Source: Folioceros fuciformis (Eukaryota). From it: a stretch of 34,250 nucleotides of DNA. The stretch is taken from NCBI GenBank assembly GCA_049999805.1, contig JBNGIO010005257.1:1-34250 (forward strand), read 5' to 3'. The position numbers and the translations under genes were made by a program. Of the stretch, positions 23,192 through 33,190 are shown piece by piece. The notes under the pieces are model-generated. The model saw only the letters and a program-made list of their open reading frames with translations, searched no databases and had not been told where the DNA came from. Position 1 is the first letter of the stretch. Every line of letters begins with the position of its first letter.

Positions 23192-24736
23192 TCAGGTCGG
23201 AATGACCGGGATGATTGTAGTGCCCTCGTTGTTAATACCACTCGAGTTAGTTAGGGCACCAGTTTCACGAGACTGACTGCCCTTGGTGAACATACCTTCT
23301 AAGTGATCCAAACTTGGCTGGAAAGAATGAACAACAGATGTGTAGCGCTGGCATTCAGCCTCTTCCGAATAATCCACATCATAGGGGCATGAGGGAAAGC
23401 TGTGAAGCGATTTGCTCGTAACACTGTAAAGCAGAAGTATTGGAGTGCCCCGTACGAAGAGCGCAAGTTTGTCCCCTTGGCCTGCGAAGAGAAACCCGCG
23501 ATGGCGATTATGTGGCAACAGTTCGAGGAGGACTTCTGATTCTATTTTGTCAGTTTCGTGCCATGTCCCCCCATCAAGCTCCCAGACGCAGACACACATT
23601 CCGCTTTTCCCGCTGTCATTGTGCACTTCTCCAACGAGGCAAAGCCTTTCCTGAAGTTCGATGAGATTACAAGAGATCCATGGATTTGACCAGTCTACCG
23701 AGTGTCGCGTGACAAAGCTGCATTCAGGGACAGGAATTACCGAAAAGGAGTCCTCTTGGTCTGCATAGCATACGACTATAAGGCCATAAAGCTTAGACTC
23801 GGCCAACCAGTATCTCCGACCATTCCATGCAGTGATGTTCCCCATGATCCGAGAAATTGCAACTGGCACAATGTGTTTCGATGTCTCCCAAACTTCATTG
23901 CCAGTCTCATAGGCGCAAATTGTCATTTGCAAATAGTTAGGTCCTACCTCTTCTGATCCGTCGTCATAAACCTTGTGATCCGGAAACTCGTGAGCACCGT
24001 TGTCCGGTAGATCCTGATGCCTGATGAGAAACACTCTGTACGAGCTCTGTGATTCGTGATAGCTCATAGATACGAAATGGTATTCACTTCCAAGAGGAGG
24101 ATCAGGTACCGCTTCCCATGTCTTCCTGACCGGATTGACCACCACAACTGGTGGCATATTAGGTGAATGCAGAAGGCAACAGAGCAGCCCGCCAGCGCAT
24201 GCAGCACTGATGACTCGAAGCGCATGGGAAAGAAATTCTGGCACTAACATCTGCCAATATTGGTCAAGAGAACCGACGCCATTCTGCACACTACTTCCAC
24301 AATTTGCCTCACTCTCCACTGCCAGCTTCAGGAACCATGACACACTCCCGGAAGTTATCTTGTCAACTATCCAGATCAAAGACGCGGACTCAGCCTGCAC
24401 AGACCTCACAAATGCCGGTTGTCCAACTTCTGCCGGATCCGTTTTCTCTCTTGTCCGTTGCTCCTCGCCCTTCTCCATCACCGGCTCGCTCCCAGGAATT
24501 GAAACTGATGTATCCGGTTCCAAACTAGGTGTTGTGACGTCCACCAGCAGGAGCACCGGTACCATGTTATTTCGAGGCAGAACCAATGGTGCGCACGAAC
24601 TAAGATCCTGGTAACATTCAAGATCCGACATGGACCGATAGCCGGATTCACTTCCCTCTTCTGATTCAAGATCGTCGCCATCACTCTCCAGCTCAGCCTC
24701 GTCCAACGCTTTGCGGAGGAATCCCATAGTTTCCAT
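23192..24736 (-). CDS. F-box/kelch-like beta-propeller protein lacking the F-box (paralogue of the adjacent gene), 514 aa, intronless
   Basis: Single ORF. C-terminal ~390 aa is colinear with the neighbouring F-box protein (WFLKLAV, AGGLLCC, VVVNPVRKTWEAVPDPP, SCNLIELQERLCLVGEV, PSCPY...FQPSLD). The N-terminus is acidic and low-complexity, with no LP.D/..R...VCK.W motif. Confidence 0.8.
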   Translation of the reverse strand: METMGFLRKALDEAELESDGDDLESEEGSESGYRSMSDLECYQDLSSCAPLVLPRNNMVPVLLLVDVTTPSLEPDTSVSIPGSEPVMEKGEEQRTREKTDPAEVGQPAFVRSVQAESASLIWIVDKITSGSVSWFLKLAVESEANCGSSVQNGVGSLDQYWQMLVPEFLSHALRVISAACAGGLLCCLLHSPNMPPVVVVNPVRKTWEAVPDPPLGSEYHFVSMSYHESQSSYRVFLIRHQDLPDNGAHEFPDHKVYDDGSEEVGPNYLQMTICAYETGNEVWETSKHIVPVAISRIMGNITAWNGRRYWLAESKLYGLIVVCYADQEDSFSVIPVPECSFVTRHSVDWSNPWISCNLIELQERLCLVGEVHNDSGKSGMCVCVWELDGGTWHETDKIESEVLLELLPHNRHRGFLFAGQGDKLALFVRGTPILLLYSVTSKSLHSFPSCPYDVDYSEEAECQRYTSVVHSFQPSLDHLEGMFTKGSQSRETGALTNSSGINNEGTTIIPVIPT

Positions 24737-24995
24737 CGCTCAGAGCTCCCGGAGGGTGGTGGTCGGAGGGGTACAATTTATGAGGCGAAAGGCTTTCAAA
24801 CACAGACGTGAAAGAGGTCGAGCGTGCCCGATTGTTCCAGTAGGTTTGTTACAGCCGTTTGTACTTTAAACGAAGTATGTTGATAACCAATTGTAATTGA
24901 TAAGTACTAGGGTGCACGGCTTTGCAAACTATGTACCAGGAGAGAAGAGAGTTCATGCATTGAGATCGAAAAGCTGATAAGTAACCTCGTAAGTT

Positions 24996-26363
24996 TCACA
25001 AATTGTTAACCACATTCAAAGAGTGAATGAAGGAGTCTTCTATTGAATCCAGTCTAGGCTCGAAGGGCAGAACTACCGAACAGCACAAGGCCTCCCACCT
25101 ACTAGACTGCTCGACATAGTAGGGGCAATCCGGCAGCCTGCGGAAACATTTTTGAGAGAAGTCGTAAGCCAGAGATGCTGAGCAGCCATGCACACTTAGC
25201 CACATTACATCATCCCGGGCCACAAAGGTGAAGATGCCCTGAAGGGGGCTCCTGTCGAGGAGCCTGATGTAGGTCTCCGCTGGGACACGGCCGATCTCAT
25301 GCCACTGCATTGGCTTCTGAAGATACTCCCAGATACGAATGTTGACCTCATGGGTGCCATCCTCACTGACTACTTCTCCAACCAGCAGGAGCCGCCCTTG
25401 CTGCTCCACCAGGTTGCAGGACAGGGAAGCCATGCAGTGAAGGCCCTCAAACCGATTACGTACCCAAGGAAACATGCAGGTCCTGTCAGCCAAAGGACAT
25501 GGTGGAAGCTGGACCTTTGTCCAGACATCCTGGTACACGTTGTACGACAGCACACTGTGGCACAGCGGGAGCCTGTCAACAGTGAGCCAGTAGAGCCGGC
25601 CGTCGCAGAAAGTGGCATTGCCTTCAATCTCAAAGCCTCTGTACACAGGAAGGATGTGAACTGAGGTGTTCCATGACCTACTTCCAGAGTCGAAGATGCT
25701 TACCATGAAGTGCAAAAAGGTTTCGAACTCATCTTCCTGGCCGTAGCCATCGTCGTCTCCATCGCCTTCGTAGTAGTCACTAAGGATTACCTTGTAAGTC
25801 TTGGAGCCTAGATTGTGCACCATGGCCACTTTTTGAAACCTTCTGTTAGGGGGATCCGGTAGAGTCCGCCATGACCTTGTCAAGGGATTAACTATAACAA
25901 CAGAGCGGGCGTACTCCAGATTAGAGGCAATCGCACAGCACAGCAATCCCCCGGCAGAAGCAACGGAATGGATGTTCCACGTCGGAAGAAAATCCAGCGA
26001 CACCTTGTGCCATTTGCTCAGGCAAGGATCATGGCCTCCTGGAACTGTTCCGCTGCCGATATCCACCGCAAGGCGCAGGAACCAGGGCAAACGAGACGAA
26101 ATCATGGCGTTTTGCTCTAAGAACTTCCTCGCAGACAGCAAAATGTTCCACTTCTTGCAGACTTTGCGGAACCTGCAAACACTCAACGGAGGCAGGTGAA
26201 CCAGCACTCTTTCCACCACATCTGCCGGAAGAGCGGCCCACACCTCGGGCTCCATCTCTACTCCCTCTTGCGACTGCTCCTTGGAGCAATCCAACATGAG
26301 AACCACAACATGGCATTGTCTGCGGGCCGCGGTAGATCTAGATCCTTCCCCCCTCCATGCCAT
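24996..26363 (-). CDS. F-box/kelch-repeat-type protein, intronless, about 455 aa (alternative start 26255)
   Basis: F-box WAALPADVVERVLVHLPPLSVCRFRKVCKKWNILL, followed by HDPCLSKW, VASAGGLLC, IVNPLTRSWRTLP and C-terminal FEPRLD, typical of plant F-box/kelch-like (UFO/LCR-related) proteins. Confidence 0.9.
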   Translation of the reverse strand: MAWRGEGSRSTAARRQCHVVVLMLDCSKEQSQEGVEMEPEVWAALPADVVERVLVHLPPLSVCRFRKVCKKWNILLSARKFLEQNAMISSRLPWFLRLAVDIGSGTVPGGHDPCLSKWHKVSLDFLPTWNIHSVASAGGLLCCAIASNLEYARSVVIVNPLTRSWRTLPDPPNRRFQKVAMVHNLGSKTYKVILSDYYEGDGDDDGYGQEDEFETFLHFMVSIFDSGSRSWNTSVHILPVYRGFEIEGNATFCDGRLYWLTVDRLPLCHSVLSYNVYQDVWTKVQLPPCPLADRTCMFPWVRNRFEGLHCMASLSCNLVEQQGRLLLVGEVVSEDGTHEVNIRIWEYLQKPMQWHEIGRVPAETYIRLLDRSPLQGIFTFVARDDVMWLSVHGCSASLAYDFSQKCFRRLPDCPYYVEQSSRWEALCCSVVLPFEPRLDSIEDSFIHSLNVVNNL

Positions 26364-27235
26364 GGCACAGGTTCCCACAGCTCGTCACACATACACACGG
26401 TATCCGCTCCACTTTGATAACCCACGCAGCACAGGGATCCTCCTCTCCCTTGGGCCGCAAAGGCTCCTTTCCTTCTAGGAGAAAACGAAGGCCACATCAG
26501 ACAGAGAATCGATGACCATCTTCGACTCCGATCTGATTGCAGAGATCCGAAACGAAGGTAAGGTTGGATGATCTCCGGAAATGCTATTTCAAAACTCTTA
26601 CTAACACAAGATCCTGGAGCACACGATACGATTGCACACCATGGCATACAGTTCGGGAAGTACAACCAGCCCGTTCGAGAGTTAACCCTTTCATCGAGCG
26701 TGGATACTGAGTCGTTCATTGCGCAAAAATTACGGATGTATTGGATGAAGGCTAGGACTCACCCGGTGCGAGGCCCAGGCGTTCAAGCGTCAGTTCACTT
26801 CGTTTCTTGACGTTTTTCTACAGTGCCTCCTGCTTGCGACCACCTGTTAGCCCAATCAACTGTTTCGCACGTTCAGTGTGGGACTCCAGATAACTGAGCC
26901 AAAAGCTCCCAGTCTGTAATCCAGACCACCGTGACTCACGACCCACAGCCAGATAAGGCTCCCTGCAATGTAAGGATGCCTGCATGTGATTTTACATCCG
27001 TTAGCTCCGGCTACTTCATTGCACCCACCGTCGGAGAACGACTAGTCTGCTACATCCATCTGCGGCATGTCCGACAGCAACCTTGAGCCCCGTTGGAGGC
27101 GAGTTGTCAAAAGGGTAGCATTGGGAAGGATACGACAGAACATGGTCAACGCGGGCCATTTCGTTGCAATCTCCCTCGTTCCAGGTTGTAAGCAGGTACA
27201 GAACCTCGCCAGAGGCTCTTTCCAGCCACCGCAGG

Positions 27236-29110
27236 CTACGGCAAGAAGCTAAGCAGATGCTTCCGTCTGTCGTTCAGAACTGCAACAAAAGTTGGGCCTA
27301 GGCTTTTCGACAGCTCTTGCAAGCCACCCTGGTCTCCTTCTCTCTGACAACGTTTCACCATCTTTTGTAGTAGTTCCCTCGATGGTTTGTAGCCCGCAGA
27401 CACCATTATCTCCAATGCGTCGAAAGCTGCTCTGACGTCTCGATTTACAACCTGAGCTTCAATGAGAAGAGAGTGCGTTCGGTAGTCTGGACTCACCCCG
27501 ATCTGTGCCATGTACCCGGATATTTGCAACACTTGAGCTGTTTTCCTGCTCTTGCCAAAGGCATGCAGCAACGCATTGCAAGAATGCACATCGGGTCTCA
27601 AATCGAAGACCGACCCCATGGCATCAAACGTCTGGTAAGCCCGGTCTGCATCCCAGATCTTGGCACTGGCAAGAATGACACAATTGATGGCCGCTGCAGA
27701 TACCGGATCCCCAGCTTTCAACCTATCCTCCAGCTTGAAGTAAGCAGCATCGACGGCAGCTGCTCCTCCTTTGGAGCAAGCCCTGACCAGGGGCATCAAA
27801 GATCCAAACGGCGATAGAACTTCCGGGTCGAAGTCAGGGTGTGAGTCTCCATGGGCCACCTCCAACTCATGCAACGCACTGAAAGCAGAGTTCAAATCCC
27901 CTGCAGCTGAGAATGCATGCAGGCGAGCCAGAAAGGCAGGAACACTAGGAGGGCAGGATTCTCCCAGAGACTGCTTCAAGAGATGCCAAGCTTGGTCTGC
28001 CAGATCCTTGTTGGCAGTCCGAGCAGCCGTGCTAAGCACAGCGATCATCCCCCCCTCATCCATGAGCAGATGATTCGTGAGCTTCCATTTCGACCCATCG
28101 TTCATAAATTGGAGAGCCAGCGTAGCGCATTCTGCATCATCCACCTCCGCGGCCACAGCAAGAAGCTCCGCTAGAGTCGCCAAGATGGGAGTCACCGACT
28201 GACTCTTGAGCTCCTTCAACACAGAAACAGCGACGCCGGTCCGCCTCAACCTGCCTGCCGCAATGAGCACCTCGTTGTAGGTGATCCTGCTGGGCACAAA
28301 CCCCTTCTCCACCATCGCCTGCATGTGTTTCAGAGCTGCATCCAGACGACGATGCAATGCACACAAAGCCACCACAAAATTGTAAGAATCTCCGTCGGGC
28401 TGAGATTCCGGGCCTCCCTTCTCCATCCTCTGCACAAGCTGCTCTGCCATTTCCGAGTTCCTGGCTCGGAAAGCAGACCGCATCACAAAGGAGAATGAGA
28501 CCAAATTCGGCGTCAGCCCCTCAGTCTCCATGTCATCCACAACACGGACCAAGTCCTCGGGAGCGGCATTCGCTCGCAGCTTGGCCTGAAGCAGCAGGTT
28601 GTAGGCTACGACACTGGCCTTGTTCGGCTGGCCTGCGCTGTCAGTCCCTTTCTTCCACTCCTCAAACATGTTCACAGCCTCCTCAGCCTTCCCCTGCGAC
28701 AGGCTGCTAGACATCTCCCTAGACAAGGTGGCCAGATCGAAAGCGGCAACTGGCAGATGCGGTTCCTGAGGCCGTAATGGCGGCCCAAAGCTGCCCTCCT
28801 GCAAAGTGGGTGCTGCATCTTCCAAACTGTTCAGAGGCGGGGACTCATTGTCGTCCCCTGGCTCAGGATACGAGGTAGCGACTTCCTGCTGAAGGTCCAG
28901 CTGCGGGAGCTGCCATGTAGGTGCACTGGTGCTGATTTTCCTGCCCTCTGCTGCATTGCCTGATCTGGCTGGAACGTCTACCGGCTCGACTCCCTCGGGC
29001 CTCAGAAACCAAGATGCAAGCTGGGCTTGCTGGGAGGAGGAGCCCCTGGAGTGGGACACGGAGGTGAGACAGCGGACCAGCGCCCGCTGCGCACCTCGCA
29101 AGATTGCCAT
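27236..29110 (-). CDS. P-class pentatricopeptide repeat protein, likely mitochondrial, At1g26460-like, 624 aa, single exon
   Basis: First ATG at 29110 gives an Arg/Ser-rich presequence-like N-terminus (MAILRGAQRALVRCLTS). Blocks GQPNKASVVAYN, DEGGMIAVLSTAART, LSPFGSLMPLVRACSK, AAINCVILASAKIWDADRAYQTF and PSRELLQKMVKRCQRE match Arabidopsis At1g26460 as recalled. Confidence 0.88.
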   Translation of the reverse strand: MAILRGAQRALVRCLTSVSHSRGSSSQQAQLASWFLRPEGVEPVDVPARSGNAAEGRKISTSAPTWQLPQLDLQQEVATSYPEPGDDNESPPLNSLEDAAPTLQEGSFGPPLRPQEPHLPVAAFDLATLSREMSSSLSQGKAEEAVNMFEEWKKGTDSAGQPNKASVVAYNLLLQAKLRANAAPEDLVRVVDDMETEGLTPNLVSFSFVMRSAFRARNSEMAEQLVQRMEKGGPESQPDGDSYNFVVALCALHRRLDAALKHMQAMVEKGFVPSRITYNEVLIAAGRLRRTGVAVSVLKELKSQSVTPILATLAELLAVAAEVDDAECATLALQFMNDGSKWKLTNHLLMDEGGMIAVLSTAARTANKDLADQAWHLLKQSLGESCPPSVPAFLARLHAFSAAGDLNSAFSALHELEVAHGDSHPDFDPEVLSPFGSLMPLVRACSKGGAAAVDAAYFKLEDRLKAGDPVSAAAINCVILASAKIWDADRAYQTFDAMGSVFDLRPDVHSCNALLHAFGKSRKTAQVLQISGYMAQIGVSPDYRTHSLLIEAQVVNRDVRAAFDALEIMVSAGYKPSRELLQKMVKRCQREGDQGGLQELSKSLGPTFVAVLNDRRKHLLSFLP

Positions 29111-29478
29111 CACCGCATCCAAGCTACAGCCCGCTGACCCAGGTGCGGTGAAGTACGTGCCTATGCAGCAGGCGAATAGGTTTAGGGCAATTGCCTTTTG
29201 CCTCTGAATTTGAAGGAGACGAGAGGTAGATGGTTTGGCATCTTACACGGAGGCAATCAAGGAGGAGGTATGGGTAGGTAAGGATCTTATTCTGGGGTGA
29301 CAGGAAACGTGGGTCTATGCAAGAACTGCGAATTATGTATTCATGGGGACAGCAATCTGTACATCTGGGTTACCACTGCAGTCACCGGAATCCTCTTGTC
29401 TCTTTCGGCCGATGAACTGTGAATGGGTGCTGTACAGGAAGGTCTTGCTCCTTGAGTGGCCTCTGTTACAAAGTCCGG

Positions 29479-32400
29479 ATGAGGGCGTGGTTCTGGACCA
29501 AATTGCAAGGAGTTCACAGGACCACATGGGAGCCCGTTTTGAAGAGCACTCGGTACAATTCGCCTCGTGTGAAGCGGAAGCAGGCATTTTGGGCACAGTT
29601 TCCTACCGGAAAAGTACTTCCAGACCATTTCAGTTCTGGGAACTCAGTCGCAGCTCATGTGAGGCTACACAACGTAGCTCCGCGCTCTGTTGAAGAAGTC
29701 TACACGTTGTGTGACGAGGGGCGACTCCATGAGGCCCTGCTTGCAGCGGAAGGTGTGGGCCAGCGAGGGATGGCACTCACAGTAGACTGCGTTATCTGCT
29801 TGATCCAAGGATGCGGCAGAAAGAAAGATCTAGGAGCTGTCAGGCGTTTGCAAATGATAATGGTGGATCAAGGGTTTAGTTCAGACATCTTTCTTGGAAA
29901 CAATCTTATTCACCTGTTTGCCTCATGCGGTGCGTTGTTGGAAGCAAAGCAAGTGTTTCGTCAGACTTTGGACCCGAATGTGTACTCCTGGCAGGCTATT
30001 ATCTCAGCCCATGCTAACCATGGTCAGGGTGATGAAGCTATCAGGTTGTTTCAGGAAATGTTGTGCTCAGATGTGAAGCCAAACAACCACGTGTATGTAG
30101 CTGTCTTGAAAGCATGCGCCGTCTCGGGGGGCTTGGCTAGTGGGAGATGGATTCACAGCTATATGGTGGAAAGCGGATTTCAGTCAAATACGTATGTGGG
30201 GAACACAGTCATCGACATGTATGCGAAATGCGGAAGCACGGACGAGGCCAGAAAAGTGTTTGATGGCTTGTCACCGAGGAACTTAGTTTCGTGGAATGCC
30301 ATGATAGCTGGATACGTTAATAGTGGACAAGGTCAGGCTGCTCTTGATCTGTTTCAGAAAATGCGAGCAGAGGACATCCAACCAGATAAGAGCACTTTCT
30401 CAAGCATCTTCAAAGCTTGTGGCAACTTAGTAGCCATTGATCAGGGCAGACAAATTCATTCGGAGTTTACTGAAAATGGGTTGCCGCTCGGAGTAGTGGT
30501 TGGAAATACTCTGATTGATATGTATGTTAGATGTGGCAAACTAGAAGAGGCCCGCAGAGTGTTTGATGCGTTGGAAGCTCGGGATGTGATTTCATGGAAT
30601 GCCATGATTGCCGGATATGCCCAGGATGGACATGCTCTAGAAGCTCTAGAATGTTTCGGGCAAATGGAGCAGGAGGGTGTTGTACCTAACAAGGTTACTT
30701 TCATAAGCCTCCTGAAGGCCTGCGGGAACATTGCCGCCCTGGGTCAGGGCCGGAAGATTCATGCTCAGCTTGTCGAAGCTGGACTTGATGCTGATGTTGT
30801 TGTTGGGACCAGCCTTGTGCACATGTATGCCAGATGTGGGAACCTTGATGAGGCGTATGGTGTATTTGAAAAGTTGACGGAAAGGAGTGTCGTGTCTTGG
30901 AACGCCGTCATTGGAGCATATGCCCAGCATGGGTTTGGGAGAGAGGCATTACAACTGTTTGAGCAGATGCAACAGCAGGGCTTTAAACCAGATGACATCA
31001 CCTTGGTTTCTGTACTTTCTGCGTGCAGCCATGCTGGTCTCTTAGAGCAGGGATATCAATTATTCAAGTCTATGCTCAAGGATTTCAGCATTAAGCCAGG
31101 AATGTATCATCACGCATGTATGGTCGACATGCTTAGCCGGGCTGGCCACTTGCAGCAAGCAGAGGACTTCATCAAACAGATGCCTTTTGAGCCTGACGTG
31201 GACATTTGGATGACAGTCCTTGGTGCCTGTCAAGCATTTGGGGATGTCGAGTTGGGAAGGCGGGCATTTGAGAGTATCATTAGGCTGCAGCCGCTGAACG
31301 AGGCAGCATATGTCCAGATGTCCAACATTCTTGCCGCTGCAGGGAGGCCAGACGATGCAGCCGAACTGAGAAAGGACATGCGCGATGCAGGAATGCTGAA
31401 GTCACCAGGGAGGACGTGGATAGAGGTAGACGATCAGATGCACAGTTTCTTGGTAGAGGATAAGGATCACTCTCTGCGGCAAGAAATTTATGCTAAACTG
31501 AGGCAGCTGGCACCCTTAGTAGAAGCGGAGATGAGAAATAGAGTTCTGGCAGAGGATAGCTGTTCTGACACTGAACCCAAGGGCACACAGTATGCGGACC
31601 AGGGGGTGTCCAGTACAAACTCTATCAGGTAAGCTTTCCCCCACTGAGTCACTCTACGCTCTATATTGATGAATGAACAAAGGGCTCGTTGTGTACTGCA
31701 TGCTAATCTCTCTCGTTTCTTTGCCTGCCGTGCAGTGTGAGAGAGCCGTTATGCTCTTTTAGCTCAGCAGAAGATGTGAGCAACCTTTGTGAGCAGGGGC
31801 GACTGCAAGAAGCTTTGCAGATAGTAAGGGGTAGGATCCAACAAGACATGCCCATTTCCAAGCTCCTATTGTTCAATCTTCTTCAGTTCTGCATCAAAGC
31901 AAAAGATGTGGCAACTGGCAGGCTCGTGCATACCCTGATCAGGGAGAAAGGGCTCGACTCTGATGTTTTCTTCGGGAACAACCTTATTCGCTTATTTTCC
32001 TCTGGTGGATGTTTGTCTGAAGCACGCCAAATTTTCCTTGGAATCACATCACCAAATGTCTACACCTGGCAGGCTATTATTTCCGCCCACGCCAAACATG
32101 GGCAAGGTAGTGAGGCCATCAAGTTGTACCAGCAGATGCAAATCTCATGCGTAGTGCCAAACACCTACGTCTATGTTGCAGCCTTAAAAGCATGTGCTTC
32201 CTTGGGGGCCTTGAAACAGGGCAGGTGGATACATGCCCATGTCCTTGAAGCCGGCCTCCAGGCAAATGTCTTTGTAGGAAATACACTCATCGACATGTAC
32301 GCCAAGTGTGGGTGCTTGGAGGAGGCAAAGCGAGTGTTTGACAACTTGGCAGCCAAAGACGTTGTTTCATGGAACACGATGATTGCCGGATATGCACAGC

Positions 32401-32534
32401 ATGGACACGGGGAGGAAGCGTTTGGACTCTTTCAGAAAATGCAGCACGCAAGGATGACGCCGGACAGGGCCACATTGTCAAGTATTGAGAAAGCATGTCG
32501 TCATCTGACATCACTTGTACCAAGCACATCGTGA
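29479..32534 (+). CDS. PLS-class PPR protein: 14 PPR motifs, E1, E2, E+/PG box, then (after intron 31629-31735) a second PLS array; about 982 aa spliced or 717 aa unspliced
   Basis: Exon 1 29479-31628: L-S-(P-L-S)x3-P2-L2-S2-E1-E2, then SPGRTWIEVDDQMHSF; no HxE/CxxC deaminase motif or DYW end. Donor AG|GTAAGC at 31628/9, branch-like TGCTAAT at 31701, pyrimidine tract and acceptor TGCAG| at 31735. Exon 2 31736-32534 is in frame (L-S-P-L-S-P plus partial L). Start codon uncertain. Confidence 0.85.
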
Positions 32535-33190
32535 CGTCGGTTGCAACAACAACAATAGAGATCTTGTGTCAACTGCATGCTCTGATCCAACCTAGGTGAC
32601 TTCCTCTCCCAAATGAACTCTAATGTTTGAAGCGTTTTCTCTTTGTAATATGATGATTTCCTTGGTGCTTACTGACTGTGTGGCCTGTTCTTGTCATTGT
32701 CACATGCTTGGACGTCTGTAGAGACGTTTCAGGCACTAGATTCATCTCTGTTGTGGACAGATGCATCCAGCATTTCCAGTCACAACTGGTTGTTTGGCAG
32801 GTAAGGTAGGTGAACGACCGGGTTTTGCCTTTGCCGTGTCGGATCCTTTGTTGGGAGTATCTAAATAACCGAAGGCCTTTCTGGAGTCTGATGAACAATG
32901 CTCTTTGGTACAGAGAGATGTAACGGGCCTTTTAGTCTTCCCGAAGGTGGAGAGAAGGACAGGGTAACAAGTGAGTGTTTCCAGCGCAAGGACCCGATTT
33001 CTGTCACAGACTTCAGGCTCCAGCGCTGATTGGGCTAGTGGACCGTACAAGTAGGAGAGAAAAGATCTAGAGGTATAGCCAGAATCAAGTGATACATGTC
33101 GGGATCCTTCCCTGGGCTCAGGTATGTCGAAGGCCGCCATGCACATGTGTGAAGGTGAGCTTTACGGCAAGGAGTCTCGCCCTCGCCCCA

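Noticed and set aside
24390-26160. Alternative splicing that joins the F-box of the upstream gene to the propeller of the F-box-less paralogue
   Set aside because: An acceptor-like TGCAG|G exists near 24395, but I found no credible donor just after the F-box.
31400-31632. DYW deaminase domain (including a U-to-C DYW:KP type)
   Set aside because: Only the PG-box/E+ portion is present. There is no HxE, CxxC or terminal tripeptide in the ORF or recognisably downstream.
31737-32534. Independent 265-aa PPR gene, as suggested by the ORF track
   Set aside because: It starts at GTG directly after a strong splice acceptor, has no targeting peptide or room for a promoter, and is in frame with the upstream donor. 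Treated as exon 2.
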